Source of the DNA: a virus
Virus record (IMG/VR): IMGVR_UViG_3300025809_000014
Span: 33,656 to 97,655 of that record
DNA: 64,000 nucleotides
Reading direction: 5' to 3' (one strand)
Positions within the stretch are counted from its first letter, which is position 1. The number at the start of each line of letters is the position of its first letter. The translations under genes were made by a program, and so were the position numbers. Below, one piece after another: positions 60,201 to 64,000 of the stretch. The notes below the pieces were generated by a model. The model saw only the letters and a program-made list of their open reading frames with translations. It was not told where the DNA came from and did not search any database.

Positions 60201-63200
60201 AGAACAGTTTAGAGACTTTGTACAAAAGAAACAAGGTGCTAAAGGACTTGGTGCTAGAATTGCTAAACTCTTTAGAGATCTTAAAAGATTTATTGAGAAT
60301 GCTCTACTTGGTAATAAAGCAGAGAGCTTTACAGATGAGTTATTCAAGCGTATAGGTAGTGGGTATTACAAAAAACGTATGCCATATGCTACACAGCTTT
60401 CTATGGCCCAAGAGGGTATTATAGATATAGAGGATGCATTTGCTACATCAGACTCTGAGTTTAGACTTAAGACATTAAATGACAGACAAACATCAGACAC
60501 TGTTCAGGAGATGACATTCTTAATGCTGAATGATTTTATTAAGACAGACAAAAGTTTGTTTACAATAGTAGATAACCTTAATGAGAAAGACTTCTATGAA
60601 AAACTTCTTCCTAGAGTATTAGGTACTATAAGAAGTAAGGAGATAGCTATTAATAATATTATTAATAAAACAGAAAATCTTTCAAAAGAACAGAAGGAAA
60701 GACTCTTAGCTATAGTTGCACAGAATCGTCAGCTAGAAAAAGATGTTGTTGTTGATTGGCCAAGACTTACAGAAAAACATAAGGAGTATATTAAAGCATA
60801 CAACGTTGAGTTTGATGAAAATGATGAAATACAACTTAGTGATGAAGATAGAATTAAAGAGAGCAATAAGTTTGATGCTACTAAGATAGATAGCTTTAGA
60901 AAAGCAAATGCAGCTATAAAGCTATTACTTGCTGCTAATCCTATTGTAGATAAAAATGGTAAAGCTGTTGTGTCTACTATTAATGGTAGACTACTCAACC
61001 CAGTAAGTAAGATGTACATCACATTGATGAACAAGTTACACACTTCTACAAGCCCTGATGATATGTTAAATAGGTTAGCAGACATGGCGGTAAGTGATGC
61101 TACATACAGAACTTTGTATAAGAGATTAACTGGTAAAGACTTTTCTGATGGTGATGTTGATTTTAAAAATATAAAGTCAACAAACAAAATGGATCTCATC
61201 ACAGGAATGTGGAAGACATTTAAGAAGCAAGCTTCAGATGTAAAGAATATATTTATATTTTCAAATGGTGAAGTGGCAGTGGGTGATGCTGCTCTATCTA
61301 GCTCAGCTAACCAACTTAGAAATGACTATGCACGATCTATAGCTGTATTATCAAAATCAGGTAAGAGTTACTTTACATATAATGAAAAGAAAGGTTCATA
61401 TATACCTAATAAAAAGAAGTTAGGAAAAGTTACCTTACGTCTTCCCAGAGACTATACTAAGTTTTTATCAACCCTAGGTATACAGTTTAGTGGTGAAGAA
61501 TATAATAAGTTAGGAAAGAATACACAAAACTTTAAAACTATTGTAGAAGGGATTAAAGAAAGTATTGAGAAAACAGATGAGGTGAAAACTTTCTCTGCAG
61601 TATCTTTAGATATTAATAAACGTCTTTTACAATTAGCTGAATTAAAAACAGCTGTTTCTAATCCAGAATTTAGCAGTACATATTTTAACTTACAGGGAGA
61701 ACGTGTACAAACTTTCCTTGGAGTGAACGCAGCTTCTGAGTTACACAATACACTTGATAATATAAATAATATAAATGAGTTAGCAGGAACACAATATGAG
61801 TACTTACTTAAAGATGTATTTACTCAAGGCTCTACTATTATTAGTAGAATGTTTGATGCTAAAACTGGAAAGAAAAGATCAGGTGCAAACAACCTACTTA
61901 AAGGTGGATACGTTGGAGGTATAATTGATGAGACTAAAGGTAGAATTACACCTTCTGCTAGACTCAGTCAAAAACAAAGAATAGTTCAAGAGTTAAATCT
62001 AAACAGAGAAGGTTATTATCTAAACCTTGTACCAGGAGATGCAGGTATGGAACATATGTTATATATGGGTAATTCAATATCTGCTAATGATCTTGCAAGA
62101 GGATTGGTTGATGTAAACCAAATCTTTAAAGGATACTTCCTATCAGAACTAGAACTAGCTAGAGAAGATCGTCCAGTTGTTAAAGGTAGAGATAGCAAAG
62201 ACTTACGTTTCTTTAAAGGTATTCTTGGTGACAATTTACATAATGAAGTAGTTAGCACTGAGGGAACACCTGAAGAAGTATATGCAATACATGAAACTAA
62301 AATAAACCAAGCTATTGCTAGTTACATTCAGAATGATGTATTTAGAATGCAAGGATATTTAACTAGGTATGGAGTACTTGTTGAAAATGAAACAGGTAAC
62401 AAACTTATATTAGAAAATGTAGGATCACGTAAAGAGTTTGATCCAAGAGAGTTAACAAGAGAAATGACAGCAATGAGTGTTAATTACATGATTGCTAACA
62501 TTGAAGTACACAAAGTTCTTTATTCAGATCCTTACCAATACAAAGATGAGCTGAAGCGTACTAAGAGTTTCCTATCTCCAAGACAAGCTCTTTTTAATAA
62601 TTCACCTAAAGCAAATACAGCACTTAACCAAGTGTGGAATGAAGGCTTTGAAAAGGGTGATATTGGATACACCAACTTCACACAAGACTATATGCGTACA
62701 GCGTCACACAAAGATATTGTAGGTGTTATAGATCTTCCAAACTATGAAGACTACGAAGAAACTGATGGTGGTGGTATTATATCTTTTAAAGCATATCGTA
62801 ACTTTAGAATCAGAGCTGGTGAGTGGAATGAGAATGAAGAAAAGCAATACAGATATGATGTTGCTTATGAAAAGCGTGATAAGAAAATAACACTGTCTAA
62901 AGATGAGGTGGCACTTTTAAAAGAGGGTAATCCTGCAGTACAGAGTGCATACACCTCTTTAAAACCTATTGTATCAGGAGCTAAGCTTGGATACACATAT
63001 AATAATGTTGTACTTGATAAGTATGCATTGTATCCTCTTTCTTATAGAGTGATGAAAGAGCTTGATGCAGGTAATGGAGTTAAGCTTTACAACAAGATGC
63101 AGGATGAGAACATAGATTATATTGTGTTTGATTCTGGTAGAAAGGTGGGAGCTGAATCATCACATGCTACATACAATGAAGATGGAACATTTAATGATGC

Positions 63201-64000
63201 AGAGTATGCAGCTGTAGTGGATGTACCATTTGCTATAATGAGTTTACAGAGTGATGTGCCTTCTAAAGAAGCTGCATTGGTAACACGAGGATCTCAAACT
63301 ACTAAACTTATCACTATGGACTACATGGATAATGGAGTTCCATTTGATTATAAAGATGGTCTTGATAGTTGGATAAAATTATCCCCTGAGCAAAAGATTG
63401 CTAAGTCTCCAATATATAAAGAGATTTTTAACAACGTACGTCTTTTAATAGAAATGACTAACGAAGGGTATCAAATGATGCTAAAGCGTTTAGGTATAAT
63501 AGAACAAGAAGATGGGGCACTTATTGTTAAAGACTTTTCAGAAGCTGCTAAAACAATTCGTGATGAGGTGTTTAGAAGAGAAACTAATGATAACATTAGT
63601 GATGCTGTTTCAGCGTTTTCAGAAGGGGAGGCAGTTCTTGAAGCTACTCCTGCTTATCAGCAAGTTAGAAACATTTTATATTCTATTGTAGATAAACAAA
63701 TTGTTCGTCCTAAAATATCAGGTGGACAAAAGGTACAGATACCTTCAGCACTGTTTGAATCTAATCGTGTAGCTAAGACAAAAATTAATGGCAAGGAAGG
63801 ATATACATCTGACGTTCTTAAGTTCTATGAAGATAAAGATGGTGAACGAGTAATGGAGATTATGGTGGGACGTTGGTTTCAAAGTAATATGTCTGATGCA
63901 GAACTTCTTGACTACTTAAACAATACAGAAGAAGGACAAAAGATATTATCTGGATTAGCTTTCCGTATTCCTACACAGAAACAAAACTCTATTGATGCGA
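54229..64000 (+). CDS. giant virion protein containing crAss-type virion RNA polymerase (>3257 aa, runs off the right edge)
   Basis: ATG at 54229 (MEKNSLPKAQSG); same frame at window end. Motifs ETDGGGII..AYR....AGEW (62758), LKPIVSG, DKYALYPL, DSGRKVG, RGSQTTKL, KISGGQKVQ, FRIPTQKQNS (63961); zincin-like YHEVFE..EELAEQF at 60034-60210. Catalytic DxDxD expected beyond the window. Confidence 0.85.
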   Translation, partial: MEKNSLPKAQSGKTVIPAPTQLSPPNPLLDEQFMQQRFGGYRDNVSIPNAPSVPYTNPYASFTSSSPKTSSLANLIKNATTPGDTSGGGKIRTLDEYAANENGRYDYFMAGDFDNEDAAAQNQSFGSKMVNGVSKGLLLTGTTFLQSTVGLVNGTYQAIADGQFSSFYDNEFNRSLDEINKYAEDALPNYYTAAERDANWYSPTYWATGNFLWDGVIKNLGFAAGAALSGGVYTNALKALPYTSRLFSIGKSAETLAATEAGLAGANKVADTYGKVRALSDKFLSNYNTLNPAGRAVVAGLSTTGEAGIEALHSSNEFRKELIDEHIAEYGVEPTGAALESINAAVEGSGNATFFANVGLLTATNYIQFPKILGSTYKAEKGIVNGIVREIDDIVYEGGKYIKPKAKYPALSRLNKIRPYTFSVSEAFEEVSQYSATVATQDYYNKARNGEATSWLNSIGVGITDGAFSNEGAKNALIGGISGSIMLGRNRFRKDRARRKNTAQALKDLNNANLSDFTKETIDAVNRGTVLQEEREQAVKNGDILNSKDLEADYIANYLTPRIKYGRYDLVKSDINEYKKLASTEEGFAQLQSEGKALESDTKEAYLERLGRFEQTADNVKSLWQSLNLRYSGQVDENGKPIYSNDVINKMLYTATKVADYDQRILDMMGPLTAAGINTSEVIEQLVAGNSEAFNEAVASIQEMDILDDQKETLGKSLEDISELALRRQSFLKAYQDIKENPSNFSEAPIEEDAPVTGPAETVSVKTKQGDKEVELNTPYFVGKGVDYAKDPLDAPVPISQFVVQKVNEDGTLEVKTENGEVKNVSADVLENFKIGKVSTLQNNETANYYYNHRNEIFEFNFGKNSGGKKPGRLEYQDGKLYFVYLTPKGKVQKVQVNGSHFVAQKGYNQAMVTKVGSVENQQQKEAREQFMSPEQIARQRASLAKSREARLEVLTQLGEESKESLEETNKKLAQQTKKLAKVKEDLENIAKMKEAGPTGPKIKLNFSKATKVFTKALNNLTSMQADIEAEIDNLNAQKEELELNISYFQDFANQITDAPEDSGEFLRELKNQVALLVDNGKNLNNALSAAKKLAKSTEKAIKSAAKLFRKTLKKTYFVDQDYSQYLSDLLDQVVSGENLLETWPLLKQEMANFALTVDLSKEGTIDEAGLLESINNVKQIEKDLADLRAEYKARKIITDRFQSIMDEYNAQKVQEAELKLKLSKVIATADMSAPTDFSKTSSFESQSKKSPEIIYRATVAPESASDYFKDETGKDHQTRANQFGLDLDTFENRDNIRALFVTSKTQDLKLPGVIEQMLDNDPTLIEQFKDSMIVMVMVNENGELVGVNGQPIPEGAPLLDNAIYQTIPEAGFRDGSMYREGTAENVKDAINKEYKERRDNILKQTALGIPQEIEASFGIPQTDDNARTSVEDAGLVDQDSLERDLVLYVPTTNTNVSKGTTTYNTPLGSVFLDTPTGYVKLRNRLHTKKEATAIYDAILKVAKNLINPNEGVTSDSSIRALEFLKGVTYWGVPTDQQGNRKDAGNNSVFFEKVKLEEGPVSFTRTDLIIGSKGTRFGFTPSSLEANKELIINELENIYNNVTAYKTKDVNKSFEQITSISPEGEIESITWPNYQSYLLSNKNPDGSTREGFELPLYTNLKEKKDGEFNRVGVYFYVTNTTDEFEIPEPAKQATNIPLRKATSYTLDGNTINTYTSPNGAKINFRAFESATLENYEEKIQVLQGGDLTTVVETIKKSGKDPQQQIKQTIYNAIAPQLTEVRAQSAYKEQTDKSGLPTFTIGGEVAPAAPTQPAQQTSVETTDDNGIPTFTIGDDVIGTPAQQTEAQQKIDSLEDQINQAISDANSEDLRVKINQEIDMFEPENWTDVESWLKKNFPNVPVFRVKNIIQATNGRQAWGMFKDGAIYVYENAETGTAYHEVFEAVWKMFTGAEEQANIINEFKARKGTFIDRPTGQKVKYSEATPAQIKEELAEQFRDFVQKKQGAKGLGARIAKLFRDLKRFIENALLGNKAESFTDELFKRIGSGYYKKRMPYATQLSMAQEGIIDIEDAFATSDSEFRLKTLNDRQTSDTVQEMTFLMLNDFIKTDKSLFTIVDNLNEKDFYEKLLPRVLGTIRSKEIAINNIINKTENLSKEQKERLLAIVAQNRQLEKDVVVDWPRLTEKHKEYIKAYNVEFDENDEIQLSDEDRIKESNKFDATKIDSFRKANAAIKLLLAANPIVDKNGKAVVSTINGRLLNPVSKMYITLMNKLHTSTSPDDMLNRLADMAVSDATYRTLYKRLTGKDFSDGDVDFKNIKSTNKMDLITGMWKTFKKQASDVKNIFIFSNGEVAVGDAALSSSANQLRNDYARSIAVLSKSGKSYFTYNEKKGSYIPNKKKLGKVTLRLPRDYTKFLSTLGIQFSGEEYNKLGKNTQNFKTIVEGIKESIEKTDEVKTFSAVSLDINKRLLQLAELKTAVSNPEFSSTYFNLQGERVQTFLGVNAASELHNTLDNINNINELAGTQYEYLLKDVFTQGSTIISRMFDAKTGKKRSGANNLLKGGYVGGIIDETKGRITPSARLSQKQRIVQELNLNREGYYLNLVPGDAGMEHMLYMGNSISANDLARGLVDVNQIFKGYFLSELELAREDRPVVKGRDSKDLRFFKGILGDNLHNEVVSTEGTPEEVYAIHETKINQAIASYIQNDVFRMQGYLTRYGVLVENETGNKLILENVGSRKEFDPRELTREMTAMSVNYMIANIEVHKVLYSDPYQYKDELKRTKSFLSPRQALFNNSPKANTALNQVWNEGFEKGDIGYTNFTQDYMRTASHKDIVGVIDLPNYEDYEETDGGGIISFKAYRNFRIRAGEWNENEEKQYRYDVAYEKRDKKITLSKDEVALLKEGNPAVQSAYTSLKPIVSGAKLGYTYNNVVLDKYALYPLSYRVMKELDAGNGVKLYNKMQDENIDYIVFDSGRKVGAESSHATYNEDGTFNDAEYAAVVDVPFAIMSLQSDVPSKEAALVTRGSQTTKLITMDYMDNGVPFDYKDGLDSWIKLSPEQKIAKSPIYKEIFNNVRLLIEMTNEGYQMMLKRLGIIEQEDGALIVKDFSEAAKTIRDEVFRRETNDNISDAVSAFSEGEAVLEATPAYQQVRNILYSIVDKQIVRPKISGGQKVQIPSALFESNRVAKTKINGKEGYTSDVLKFYEDKDGERVMEIMVGRWFQSNMSDAELLDYLNNTEEGQKILSGLAFRIPTQKQNSIDA

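Noticed and set aside
55086-62258. Short minus-strand and alternate-frame ORFs in the track
   Set aside because: Shadows of the giant plus-strand ORF; the same applies to antisense poly-Val ORFs opposite Thr runs (30571, 40510)
1-64000. Stop-codon reassignment as in some gut crAss-like phages
   Set aside because: Long genes are intact under code 11; TAG (27535) and TGA (10819) end genes directly before the next start

Overview
AT-rich window from a crAss-like (Crassvirales-related) podophage, probably infecting a Bacteroidota host (TTTG-N19-21-TAnnTTTG promoters, no Shine-Dalgarno sites, standard genetic code). 1-8571 (minus strand) is a replication/early arm: DnaB-like helicase (truncated), replication-initiator-like protein, family B DNA polymerase and about 20 small ORFs. 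8572-8910 is a G-tract-rich divergence point. 8911-64000 (plus strand) is the virion arm: HU/IHF-like proteins, terminase, portal, scaffold, major capsid protein, ring/auxiliary proteins, a cluster of Cys- and Thr-rich appendage genes with a vWA domain and a trypsin-like protease, a metallophosphoesterase, tail tubular and muzzle proteins, cargo/ejection proteins, and a >3257-aa ORF missing from the ORF track (54229 to the window end) with virion RNA polymerase motifs. Best candidates for undescribed biology: (1) cargo polyproteins built from cassettes (three zincins, one NlpC/P60 domain, small modules) delimited by a recurring [AFYM]-[KQE]-x-G(G) motif; (2) a six-member ~70-aa 'GPFDLYSD' domain family linked by poly-Thr stalks to variable effector domains, one copy heading a split-off muzzle fragment; (3) structured non-coding elements and conserved operators. 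Family assignments come from motif recognition by eye; no searches were run.
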